Shown: one piece after another, positions 1 to 8,233 of the stretch
Numbering within the stretch: the first letter of the stretch is position 1
Layout: each line of letters opens with the position of its first letter
DNA from: an uncultured Candidatus Saccharibacteria bacterium
GTDB taxonomy: Bacteria; Patescibacteriota; Dojkabacteria; SC72
DNA: 30,440 nucleotides
NCBI GenBank assembly: GCA_964430365.1
Contig: CAYSEU010000002.1
Span: 1-30,440, forward strand
Direction: 5' to 3'
Made by a program: the position numbers and the translations under genes
Notes under the pieces: model-generated
Databases searched by the model: none
Seen by the model: only the letters and a program-made list of their open reading frames with translations
Told to the model about the DNA's origin: nothing

Positions 1-29
1 AACTTATGGAATTAGAAGATGAAAAGTAA
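1..29 (+). CDS. 3' end of an upstream gene (...LMELEDEK*), possibly prfA
   Basis: The open frame from position 3 ends at TAA 27-29 and overlaps the prmC ATG at 19. Identity as prfA is inferred only from the common prfA-prmC linkage. Confidence 0.3.
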
Positions 30-828
30 TTTAGCTCAAATATTTCGTATTCAGAAATTTTTAGATGGTATTAAATATCCTGATAGCTACCGTATAGGGA
101 GAGAGATTACTAAATATTTAACAAAGAATAAGAGAGCTAATGAGGAAAAAATACTTAGAAGATTACATGATAGTGAACCATGGGAATATATTAGGGGAGA
201 TAGTGAATTTTGTGGGAATACATTCAAAGTAACTAAGGATACATTAATACCAAGGATAGAGACAGAACAGCTAGTATATGAATGTAAAGATATATTAGAG
301 GAAGGTAATATTAAAAGCGTAGTAGATGTAGGAACAGGCTCCGGTTGTATTATCATCTCTCTAGCATATCTTCTTAAAAAACCTCCCTACTCCTTCTTTG
401 CTACAGATATTTCTACTAATGCTTTAAATATAGCGAAAAAGAATGAGCTAGCGATACTAAAAAGGAAAAGAATAAAATGGATGAAGAGTAATCTAGTTAG
501 TAGAATACCTGAATTAAAAGAAAGTACACTCTTAGTAGCTAATCTCCCATATATTCCTACTAAACAGTATGAGGAATTGGATACAAGTGTAAAAAGATAT
601 GAACCAAAGGCAGCTTTAGATGGAGGTAAAGACGGGTTAAAATACTATGAAGAGCTATTAGAACAACTAAAAAACAAAAAGATTAATATTAAGGTAATAT
701 ATCTTGAAACAGAGGAAACTATCTTTACTAAAACTAAAAAGTTGGTAAAAAAATACTACCCTAAATCTAATATCATAGGAATAAAAGATGTATTTGAAAG
801 AAACAGGTTTTTAAAGATTATTCTCTAA
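19..828 (+). CDS. prmC: Release factor glutamine methyltransferase PrmC/HemK
   Basis: Motifs EPWEYIRG, TLIPRIETE, SAM-binding DVGTGSG, NLPY (variant of NPPY) and ALDGGKDGL. The N-terminal domain is short. Confidence 0.9.
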   Translation: MKSNLAQIFRIQKFLDGIKYPDSYRIGREITKYLTKNKRANEEKILRRLHDSEPWEYIRGDSEFCGNTFKVTKDTLIPRIETEQLVYECKDILEEGNIKSVVDVGTGSGCIIISLAYLLKKPPYSFFATDISTNALNIAKKNELAILKRKRIKWMKSNLVSRIPELKESTLLVANLPYIPTKQYEELDTSVKRYEPKAALDGGKDGLKYYEELLEQLKNKKINIKVIYLETEETIFTKTKKLVKKYYPKSNIIGIKDVFERNRFLKIIL

Positions 829-1985
829 TTAGCTTCCGCTAAAGTTACCTTTACAGTTCTAGTCTTACCACTATTCCATACTTCTAATGATATCTCATCC
901 CCTACCTTGTATGATTGTATTATATATGCGAATGATTGAGTAACTTCCTTCCCCTCTACCTTTGTAATAATGTCTCCTCTAGTTATATCTGTCTTAGCAG
1001 CAGGACTAGTGGGATCTATAGCAACTACCAAAGCTCCAGCTACTACATCCTTATAGTACATAGCTTCATACTCTGTAATCATCCTATATGAGATTCCTAC
1101 ATAAGGTTTAATAAATTTACCATATGTTCGATACTCCTCTAATCTCTGTTTTACTCTGTTAATAGGTAGTGCAAAAGATATGTTATCTGCATTAGAAGTA
1201 GTAGCAAAATTGACCCCTATTACCTTCCCTTCAGAGCTGATAAGTGGACCACCTGAATTACCTGGGTTTACAGCCGCATCTGTTTGAATTACATCCTCAT
1301 ATATCTTCGTGGTAGAACCAAACCATCCAGAAGAGGTTGTTACAGACCTATTAACACCACTGATTACCCCAGTAGTTACACTCCCTGCATACTCTCCTAA
1401 TGGATTACCAATAGCTATTACTGTTTGACCAACAAGTAATGTGTCTGAGTTACCTAATTCCAAAGAGTCCAAAGACGTAGCATCAATCTTAAGTATTGCA
1501 ATATCATTACTATCATCTCTTAATATTTCAATAACCTCGTATTCTTTTCCATCGTTTGTAATAACCTTGTATGTGGAAGATGTATCTGAAACAACATGCT
1601 GGTTAGTAATAATAATACCGTTAGGATCAACTATAAATCCTGTACCAATATTACTTACCTCATCAACTACTCCCTCTCCACTTTTTAGCGTTAATTGAGA
1701 TACAGCAATACTAACAACGGATGGGGATGCCTCTCGTACAACATTTATTATTACATTCTCTTCTGGTGTTACTGTTAATGTAATATTCTCTTTTACTTCC
1801 TCTTTCCCATCTTTATTTAATATTAAATCCTGAATATTTTCTGAATACCTAACAACAAATATAAAGGATACTAATATTACAAGTATTAATGCAAAAATTA
1901 ATAGTGATACTCCAAATACCTTTAAGTGTTTGTAGTTATCAAAATTTAATTTAGGTACTTTTGTTTTCTTCTCTTCTACTTCCAT
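825..1985 (-). CDS. Membrane-anchored HtrA/DegP-family serine protease with one PDZ domain
   Basis: N-terminal TM helix; triad motifs TNQHV, NDIAILK and QTDAAVNPGNSGGP; C-terminal PDZ (SPAAKTDITRGDII). Confidence 0.93.
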   Translation of the reverse strand: MEVEEKKTKVPKLNFDNYKHLKVFGVSLLIFALILVILVSFIFVVRYSENIQDLILNKDGKEEVKENITLTVTPEENVIINVVREASPSVVSIAVSQLTLKSGEGVVDEVSNIGTGFIVDPNGIIITNQHVVSDTSSTYKVITNDGKEYEVIEILRDDSNDIAILKIDATSLDSLELGNSDTLLVGQTVIAIGNPLGEYAGSVTTGVISGVNRSVTTSSGWFGSTTKIYEDVIQTDAAVNPGNSGGPLISSEGKVIGVNFATTSNADNISFALPINRVKQRLEEYRTYGKFIKPYVGISYRMITEYEAMYYKDVVAGALVVAIDPTSPAAKTDITRGDIITKVEGKEVTQSFAYIIQSYKVGDEISLEVWNSGKTRTVKVTLAEAN

Positions 1986-2007
1986 CTTAATATTTTTAAC
2001 AATTTAT

Positions 2008-3225
2008 TTATTTGTTAATTAATATCATTGCCTCATTATATTGCTTATCTACACCTTTTACAAAATCTTCTGCCGTATTCTCTACTATTACATCTGGTTT
2101 TATTGGGTTATCCCTATTTAACCAACTACCATCAGGAAGTAACCATTTAAGAACTGTAATATGAATACTTGCACCCCCTCTAAGGTCTAATACCGTTTGA
2201 GCTGTACCTTTACCATATGTTTCTACACCAATTACGGTTGCCACACCATTCTGTTGTAGAGCTCCCGCAAAGATTTCAGATGCGGATGCACTACCCTCAT
2301 CTACAAGTATAACCACTTTGCTACCAAGTAATCTTCCACCACTCTCTGCATCAAATGTTTGTATATTACCTTTACCATCCTCTTGCTGAGATATAACTTT
2401 CCCAATATCCAAAAAATCATCCGCAGCATACACAGCAGCATTAAAGTATCCTCCAGGATTACCCCTTAAATCTATCAATATTTTTTTTACCTTACTTTTT
2501 TGAATATCTTCTACCACCCTGTCCCAAGCTGCGTTCCAATCTGAAAGAGATGCTTCTGTAAACCGAGTAATATCCACCAACGCTATATCCTTCCTATCAC
2601 CTACATATGAAAGCTCCATACTTGGAACAGTTATCTCCCCCCTTGTAATTTCAACCGTAATGGGTTCAAACTCCCCCTTATGTAATATCTCTAATGTAAC
2701 CACTGTACCAGCATCTCCTCTAATCTTTTGTACAATCTCATATACATTGTCTCCACTCTTAACTTCATAGTCATCAACAGCAAGAATATAATCCCCTGCC
2801 CTAATACCTGCTTCCTTAGCAGGAGAACCATCTAAAGGTGTTACAATGATAATAGCACCATCTAAATACCCTAACTCTGCTCCAATACCTTGGAACAGTT
2901 TACCCTCATTAGAATCATTAAAGCTTTCTGTTTCCTCAGGTGTAAGAAATACAGTAGCAGGATCATCATACGAGCTCACCAAACCTTTAATAGCACCATA
3001 TACTTTCTCATCTTCAGTAGCTACATCTTTTTCTACATACTTACTATCAAGTATATTCCATACTTCCCAGAATAAATCAAAATTTACACTCTTAGAGGGA
3101 TTAAAAGTAAGAATATCTGTACCAGAAGGTGCAACAAATCTTCCAAATATTACACCTATACAAAATGCTACTACCGTAAGCATTAATATACCAAATATTC
3201 TACTACTGTTACTATTTTCTTGCAT
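2008..3225 (-). CDS. S41 family C-terminal processing peptidase (CtpA-like) with PDZ domain
   Basis: N-terminal TM/signal; GIGAELG (PDZ); DLRGNPGG; catalytic SASASE and TYGKG. ATG 3225 is preferred over TTG 3252 because the promoter -10 lies only 5 nt upstream of the TTG. Confidence 0.92.
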   Translation of the reverse strand: MQENSNSSRIFGILMLTVVAFCIGVIFGRFVAPSGTDILTFNPSKSVNFDLFWEVWNILDSKYVEKDVATEDEKVYGAIKGLVSSYDDPATVFLTPEETESFNDSNEGKLFQGIGAELGYLDGAIIIVTPLDGSPAKEAGIRAGDYILAVDDYEVKSGDNVYEIVQKIRGDAGTVVTLEILHKGEFEPITVEITRGEITVPSMELSYVGDRKDIALVDITRFTEASLSDWNAAWDRVVEDIQKSKVKKILIDLRGNPGGYFNAAVYAADDFLDIGKVISQQEDGKGNIQTFDAESGGRLLGSKVVILVDEGSASASEIFAGALQQNGVATVIGVETYGKGTAQTVLDLRGGASIHITVLKWLLPDGSWLNRDNPIKPDVIVENTAEDFVKGVDKQYNEAMILINK

Positions 3226-3257
3226 ATCAAAAATTTTAAAAGTAAGATCCAAAATCT

Positions 3258-3287
3258 ATTATATTCCCCTTAAGGATATAATTACAA
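3258..3287 (-). promoter_or_regulatory. sigma70-type promoter for the S41-HtrA pair
   Basis: TTGTAA (3287-3282), 18-nt spacer, TATAAT (3263-3258) on the minus strand. Confidence 0.55.
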
Positions 3288-4289
3288 ATCTATAAATTCT
3301 AATAGACCAATATGTATTAGTGAAGTACCTCTCTTACCAAAATCTACTAAAGCGAAACCACTCTCCTCATCAAACTCTAATACTTTTCCAATATATCCAT
3401 ATGTTAAAAAGGAACGAGATATTACACTCTGATTTGTGTACTGTTTAACAAACCACCCCTTATGATTAATATCCAAATTAGCAAGAATATATAGTTGATT
3501 TTGCTTACCATCTAAGATAACGAATTTGTTTCTTAAAGATACAAATCTTTTTAGGAAAGCATTATCACAATGTACAGAACCAAAACCTCCTAGAATCATA
3601 ATGGGTAATCCTATCTCTCTAAACTCTGTATATGACATAGCGTATGTTAATACAGCTATAGCCCCTCTCTCAAATAACTCTATAGCTACCCTATTGTATA
3701 GATATGGACCTACCCATACAATCTTGCCCCTATAATCATCCTCTAAACCTTTCTCAGTTAATACTGTATTACCATCTCCAAGTATCTCCAAATTACCAAA
3801 CAGTCTCTCTTGGGTTTTACTACTTACTACCCCATCTACACATATTACATCAGTACTAATGAGTAACCCTTCTATTGGATCTATACCTTTTACTGTTCCT
3901 GTGAAATCACTCACTACAGTTGACTTCCTTTCTTCTCCTAAGATATCAATATACCCCTGCTTCATCCTAGATAAATCTATAATCCCACTAACAGGAGAAA
4001 ACAGTTCGAACATATTTAGACCTCCAGAAGAAACTCTTTGTGCTAGTAACTCGCCCTCTTCAATATACTCTCCATCCATTCTTAGTACATACTTCTCACA
4101 ATCTTCATTCTTACAGTTTAATACCTTAGAAATACTAAGAGATTTTTTTAGTGTACTTTCAGACTTTTCTAAAAGGATATCACCTTCCTTAATCTTTTTA
4201 CCTTTAAACATAACTCTGTCCCCCTGCTTAAGAGGAATACTAAATTCCCAATCTTTATATTTTTCAAATATCCTACTCCTTATCTCCAT
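3282..4289 (-). CDS. Hypothetical protein with barrel-sandwich-hybrid-like repeats and an SH3/KOW-like C-terminus (partner of the GlmL-like gene)
   Basis: 335-aa ORF overlapping the upstream stop by 17 nt. Motifs GEYIEEGELLA and SPVSGII resemble biotinyl/lipoyl-type hybrid barrels. Resembles the uncharacterised partners of GlmL-like genes (from recall). Confidence 0.55.
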   Translation of the reverse strand: MEIRSRIFEKYKDWEFSIPLKQGDRVMFKGKKIKEGDILLEKSESTLKKSLSISKVLNCKNEDCEKYVLRMDGEYIEEGELLAQRVSSGGLNMFELFSPVSGIIDLSRMKQGYIDILGEERKSTVVSDFTGTVKGIDPIEGLLISTDVICVDGVVSSKTQERLFGNLEILGDGNTVLTEKGLEDDYRGKIVWVGPYLYNRVAIELFERGAIAVLTYAMSYTEFREIGLPIMILGGFGSVHCDNAFLKRFVSLRNKFVILDGKQNQLYILANLDINHKGWFVKQYTNQSVISRSFLTYGYIGKVLEFDEESGFALVDFGKRGTSLIHIGLLEFIDL

Positions 4290-5616
4290 TACCCCATATT
4301 CTTAATTTAACCCTATTCTCATGTGCGGATGGTCCATACACTATTGGCCTACTCCTCCCATCTACAACAAGATATTCATACTCTAGTATCTTTTTAGAAG
4401 ATATGTACTGTACCTGTTTAAATGGTAAATGAGAAAAAACAGTACCATTCTTTAGCTCTCCTTCTATTAGTAATTTTTCATCCCTTTGAGGAAGTTTAAA
4501 TATTTCTAAAGAAGAACCTAAGGAGTAAATCTCTTGTGGTTCTAACAGTTGAGAATATATCTTCGCAGAAAATATTATCTTACTCTTAGCCTTAGAAGGT
4601 ACCTCTGGTATTAGGAGTTTAATAGCTTTAGGTAATATATCTCCCTTAAGTACTACAATATTTTGAGACTCTTCTTTCTCAATCATGCTCTTCCCAAAGG
4701 TATACAGCTTACTATCCCTATCTATGAAGATATCAAATACTCCATCTAACTCTAATCCATCTATTACACAAAAGAGTAATTCCCTAAGTTGTAGTAAATT
4801 GGGGACTTTACCAGTAAGTATGATAGCTGTATTACTCTTACCAATTCTCTCATACTTTTTCCTATTACTCTGTTTAACAGAGAGTATTTGTAAGGTTGTA
4901 AATGCCCTAATTACATCACTTAGTAAAGAATCAGTAATATATTCATATCCATGTGCTATACAGTTAGCCCATCTATTTGAAATCTCTTCAGAGGATGAAT
5001 CTATAGAAAGAAAAGCATTTAACTTAGAACTCTTAACAAAATCTATTAACCCTATCTCATTACCCCAATCTATCTTAGAAGAAGAGAATCTTACATTCCC
5101 CTCTTTATTATTCTTACCTCTATATATCGAGAAATGAGAGAAATCTAAATCTAGCCATATGATATCATCATACTCTAACCTATCTACTAATCCCTTTATT
5201 AATACTTCCATATACCTATCATCTAATATCCTAAGTACAATATCCTTAGAAAACTCTTTTAAAGAAAAATATATGTTTTTAAAGAAAGCTTGATTATCAT
5301 CAACAACAACCTTAATACCGGATACCCCCATCTCTTCCCTTTCAAAATCCTTAACCCTAAAATCTTCACTCCACTCCCTATCTACAATATCCCAATCAAA
5401 TACTTTCTCTAAGGAATCAAAATATTCAAACCAGAAATTTTTAGTAAAAACACTATCATCTAATCTAAACTTCAAAGGAGAAAGGTCTGTTCTATCTGAA
5501 AGTATATATGTTTTTTGAGCAGAAAGATCTGTATATGCTAAATTAGCGTATATATAGTTATCTTTTATTAATATAGAAAGATATGCATTTTTCTTTAATA
5601 CAGGCAGTGTATCCAT
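4273..5616 (-). CDS. Divergent glutamate mutase L (GlmL/MutL, actin-like fold) family protein
   Basis: Segments IILTG...IDGLELDGVFDIFIDRD..L..FG and VVDGRSRP...RVKLRIW match the C-terminal signature of GlmL-like proteins as I recall it. Start set at ATG 5616 because the longer ORF runs into the rpsR terminator. Confidence 0.5.
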   Translation of the reverse strand: MDTLPVLKKNAYLSILIKDNYIYANLAYTDLSAQKTYILSDRTDLSPLKFRLDDSVFTKNFWFEYFDSLEKVFDWDIVDREWSEDFRVKDFEREEMGVSGIKVVVDDNQAFFKNIYFSLKEFSKDIVLRILDDRYMEVLIKGLVDRLEYDDIIWLDLDFSHFSIYRGKNNKEGNVRFSSSKIDWGNEIGLIDFVKSSKLNAFLSIDSSSEEISNRWANCIAHGYEYITDSLLSDVIRAFTTLQILSVKQSNRKKYERIGKSNTAIILTGKVPNLLQLRELLFCVIDGLELDGVFDIFIDRDSKLYTFGKSMIEKEESQNIVVLKGDILPKAIKLLIPEVPSKAKSKIIFSAKIYSQLLEPQEIYSLGSSLEIFKLPQRDEKLLIEGELKNGTVFSHLPFKQVQYISSKKILEYEYLVVDGRSRPIVYGPSAHENRVKLRIWGNGDKE

Positions 5617-5624
5617 TACAAAAT

Positions 5625-5633
5625 AGTTTACCA
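5625..5633 (-). promoter_or_regulatory. Extended -10 promoter 8 nt upstream of the GlmL-like ATG
   Basis: TGG-TAAACT-N8-ATG on the minus strand. Confidence 0.45.
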
Positions 5634-5648
5634 GTAAAAGAGAAATTT

Positions 5649-5677
5649 TAAAACAAAAAGAGGCCATAAGGCCTCTT
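5649..5677 (-). terminator. Rho-independent terminator of the rpsF-ssb-rpsR operon
   Basis: Perfect 8-bp stem AAGAGGCC-TTAT-GGCCTCTT followed by TTTGTTTT on the minus strand, about 20 nt after the rpsR stop. Confidence 0.85.
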
Positions 5678-5698
5678 AATTTTACTAACTAATTACAC

Positions 5699-6052
5699 TT
5701 AAACATCCTTAGCTACATATGGTAAAAGTGCCATGTATCTTGCTCTCTTAATTGCACTTTTCAATTGCTTCTGATGCTTATGACATGCCCCTGATTTCTC
5801 TACAGAGATTATCTTACCTCTCACAGATGTGAACTTCTTTAATTGATATACATCTTTGTATGACACACTCTTTACACCAGAATCACACAATGGACATGAA
5901 AGATTTTGTACAATCTTTCTTCTTCTTCTCTGTTTCTTCTTTCCACCGTAGGTATCATCACTCTCTTCTTCCGTAACTACCTTCTCATCAAAAACATCAT
6001 CCAAAGAAGGAGTAACTAAACTCTTCTTTTCTATTATTTTCCCTTCCTCCAT
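5699..6052 (-). CDS. rpsR: 30S ribosomal protein S18 (zinc-binding form) with acidic N-terminal extension
   Basis: CPLC...SYKDVYQLKKFTSVRGKI...GACHKHQKQLKSAIKRARYMALLPY; position after rpsF-ssb. Confidence 0.95.
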   Translation of the reverse strand: MEEGKIIEKKSLVTPSLDDVFDEKVVTEEESDDTYGGKKKQRRRRKIVQNLSCPLCDSGVKSVSYKDVYQLKKFTSVRGKIISVEKSGACHKHQKQLKSAIKRARYMALLPYVAKDV

Positions 6053-6071
6053 TACACAGTATTAATACAAA

Positions 6072-6539
6072 TTAAAATGGTAAATCAGTATCCTCTAAAG
6101 GATCTTCATCTGTAGCCTCTACCTCTGGGACCTCTTCCTCTACTTCTACTTCCTTTTCCTCAACTTCTTCTTTCTGTTCATCTAGACCTGCACCCTGCTT
6201 ACCTTTACTATCCAAAAGAATCATATCATCTACTCTAATCTCAGTTTTATACCTTGTAGAGCCATCCTCTGCTTCCCATGATCTGGTAGTGAGAGATCCT
6301 TCTACATATATCTTCATACCCTTTGCTAGTAACTGTTGGCATATTTCAGCCATCTTATTCCAAGCAACAATATTATGAAACTCTGCAACTTCCTTAGTCT
6401 CTCCATTTTGATCTTTCCAAGATCTATTAGTTGCTAAACCAAATGTTACTACTGGAGTTCCACCAGTGGTATATCTTAACTCTGGTTCCCTAGTTAAGTT
6501 ACCTATCAACTGAACTTTATTTAAAGACCTTGCTGACAT
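6072..6539 (-). CDS. ssb: Single-stranded DNA-binding protein
   Basis: LNKVQLIGNLTREPELRYT, EFHNIVAW, acidic tail ending DLPF. Confidence 0.97.
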   Translation of the reverse strand: MSARSLNKVQLIGNLTREPELRYTTGGTPVVTFGLATNRSWKDQNGETKEVAEFHNIVAWNKMAEICQQLLAKGMKIYVEGSLTTRSWEAEDGSTRYKTEIRVDDMILLDSKGKQGAGLDEQKEEVEEKEVEVEEEVPEVEATDEDPLEDTDLPF

Positions 6540-6603
6540 TTTTTTGTGTATATAAATTTAACTTACCTTTAATATTAACAGCCAAAGATTAAAAAATATT
6601 GAA

Positions 6604-6960
6604 CTAAACCTCTATCTCTTTTTTCTTTATACCCTTACCCACTAATGCTGGATTATCAACCTCTATTATCATAAACCTAAGTATCTCCTGCTTTAATTGT
6701 AATAACCTTTTCATCTCATTTATATTCTTAGGAGTATGTTTAAAGTTATAAACAATGTAATACCCTTCGTTATGACCATCTATTTTGTATGAGAGATATC
6801 TTTTACCCCATACATCTACATCTAAAACCTCTCCACCATCCTTACTCATGAGTTCTGTAAACTCCTTATGTATACTCTTTCTTAAATCATCAGGTAACAA
6901 AGGTTTAAGTGCTACCATTAACTCATATGTTTTTAATTTTACATCTCTTTCTATCAACAT
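6604..6960 (-). CDS. rpsF: 30S ribosomal protein S6
   Basis: KTYELMV, VDVWGKRYLSYKI, GYY, ILRFMI; first gene of rpsF-ssb-rpsR. The exact start is uncertain. Confidence 0.95.
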   Translation of the reverse strand: MLIERDVKLKTYELMVALKPLLPDDLRKSIHKEFTELMSKDGGEVLDVDVWGKRYLSYKIDGHNEGYYIVYNFKHTPKNINEMKRLLQLKQEILRFMIIEVDNPALVGKGIKKKEIEV

Positions 6961-6993
6961 CTAAATATATCTATATTTTAACTTAGCGAATGG

Positions 6994-7022
6994 ATTTTAT
7001 CAGAAAAAATCACAGATTACAA
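6994..7022 (-). promoter_or_regulatory. sigma70 promoter of rpsF-ssb-rpsR
   Basis: TTGTAA (7022-7017), 17-nt spacer ending in TGA, TAAAAT (6999-6994): both a -35 and an extended -10. Confidence 0.65.
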
Positions 7023-7027
7023 TTCTA

Positions 7028-8152
7028 TTAAGTATTAGCCAAAATTACAATATATTCACCATCCTTAACTATGTACTCTTTCCCATGATTCCTAATTAAA
7101 CCCTCCTCCTTAGCCCTATTCCATCCACCAATATCAATCATATCATCTACATTAACTACATCTGCTGTGATGAAGTTTTTACCTAGATCGGTGTGTATTA
7201 CACTAGCAGCACTCTTAATATTAGCACCATTTTCAATACTCCATGCGTTACACTCCTTTTCAGAACCAGTATAGAAAGTTATTAGATTTAACCTATGATA
7301 CGCACTCATAATGACATCTTCTACTGTAATAGGTTGTTTACCCAATAACTCTATATATTCATTTAACTCTTGCTCTTCCATACTAGCTAAATCAGAGAGT
7401 AATTTTACATCTACCTCTAATATATATGTGCGATCAGTATCACCAGATATCTCTCCTAATTGTTTCTTCCACTCTTCCATCTTTTCTTCTTCTAAACCCT
7501 CTTTACAGTTAAGTATAAATACCCTCTGCTTATTAGTAAGTAACCATAACTCCCTTACAATATCCCTTTGCTCACCTGTAAGCTTTATATCAATCGCTGG
7601 GATACCCTCATTTAACCCCTTAAGTACACTTTGAAGTGTATCTAACTCTAACTGCATTTCATCTGTTATACCTGGTCTAGAGTTCCTCTTAACCGTACCA
7701 TATCTCTTCTCTACACTCTCAATATCTTTAATTATTAATTCTGATTGAACAATCTCAAAATCATCTACTGGATCTACCCTGTTATACACATGTACAATCT
7801 CTTCACTTTTAAATGCTCTTAATACATAGAGTATTACATCTACCTCTCGAATATGAGAAAGGAACTGATTACCTAATCCTTCACCTTTAGATGCTCCCTT
7901 TACTAACCCTGCAATATCTACAAATGTCATTGCAGAGGGCACAACCTTTTGTGCTTTAAAAAAGCTTGCCATTCTCTCTAACCTCTTATCTGGTATCTCC
8001 ACTACTCCAACATTCTTATCTATCGTACAGAAGGGATAGTTTTGAGCAGGTACAGATTTTTTAGTCAATGCATTAAAAAGAGTACTCTTACCTGAATTTG
8101 GTAATCCAACAATACCTAGTGATAGTGTATGTGACCTTGTAACACTTTCCAT
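7028..8152 (-). CDS. ychF: Ribosome-binding ATPase YchF
   Basis: GIVGLPNSGKSTLFNALT, NYPFCTID, FVDIAGLVKGASKGEGLGNQFL, C-terminal TGS-like domain (ASVIHTDL...YIVKDGE). Confidence 0.96.
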   Translation of the reverse strand: MESVTRSHTLSLGIVGLPNSGKSTLFNALTKKSVPAQNYPFCTIDKNVGVVEIPDKRLERMASFFKAQKVVPSAMTFVDIAGLVKGASKGEGLGNQFLSHIREVDVILYVLRAFKSEEIVHVYNRVDPVDDFEIVQSELIIKDIESVEKRYGTVKRNSRPGITDEMQLELDTLQSVLKGLNEGIPAIDIKLTGEQRDIVRELWLLTNKQRVFILNCKEGLEEEKMEEWKKQLGEISGDTDRTYILEVDVKLLSDLASMEEQELNEYIELLGKQPITVEDVIMSAYHRLNLITFYTGSEKECNAWSIENGANIKSAASVIHTDLGKNFITADVVNVDDMIDIGGWNRAKEEGLIRNHGKEYIVKDGEYIVILANT

Positions 8153-8186
8153 TTCCTTTGTACTTACTTAATATTTTAAGATTCCA

Positions 8187-8195
8187 ATTATACCA
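8187..8195 (-). promoter_or_regulatory. Extended -10 promoter for ychF
   Basis: TGG-TATAAT on the minus strand, 34 nt upstream of the ATG. Confidence 0.55.
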
Positions 8196-8233
8196 CTTTC
8201 AAAGAGGTTAATTCTAAAGTAATATATCGGTAT

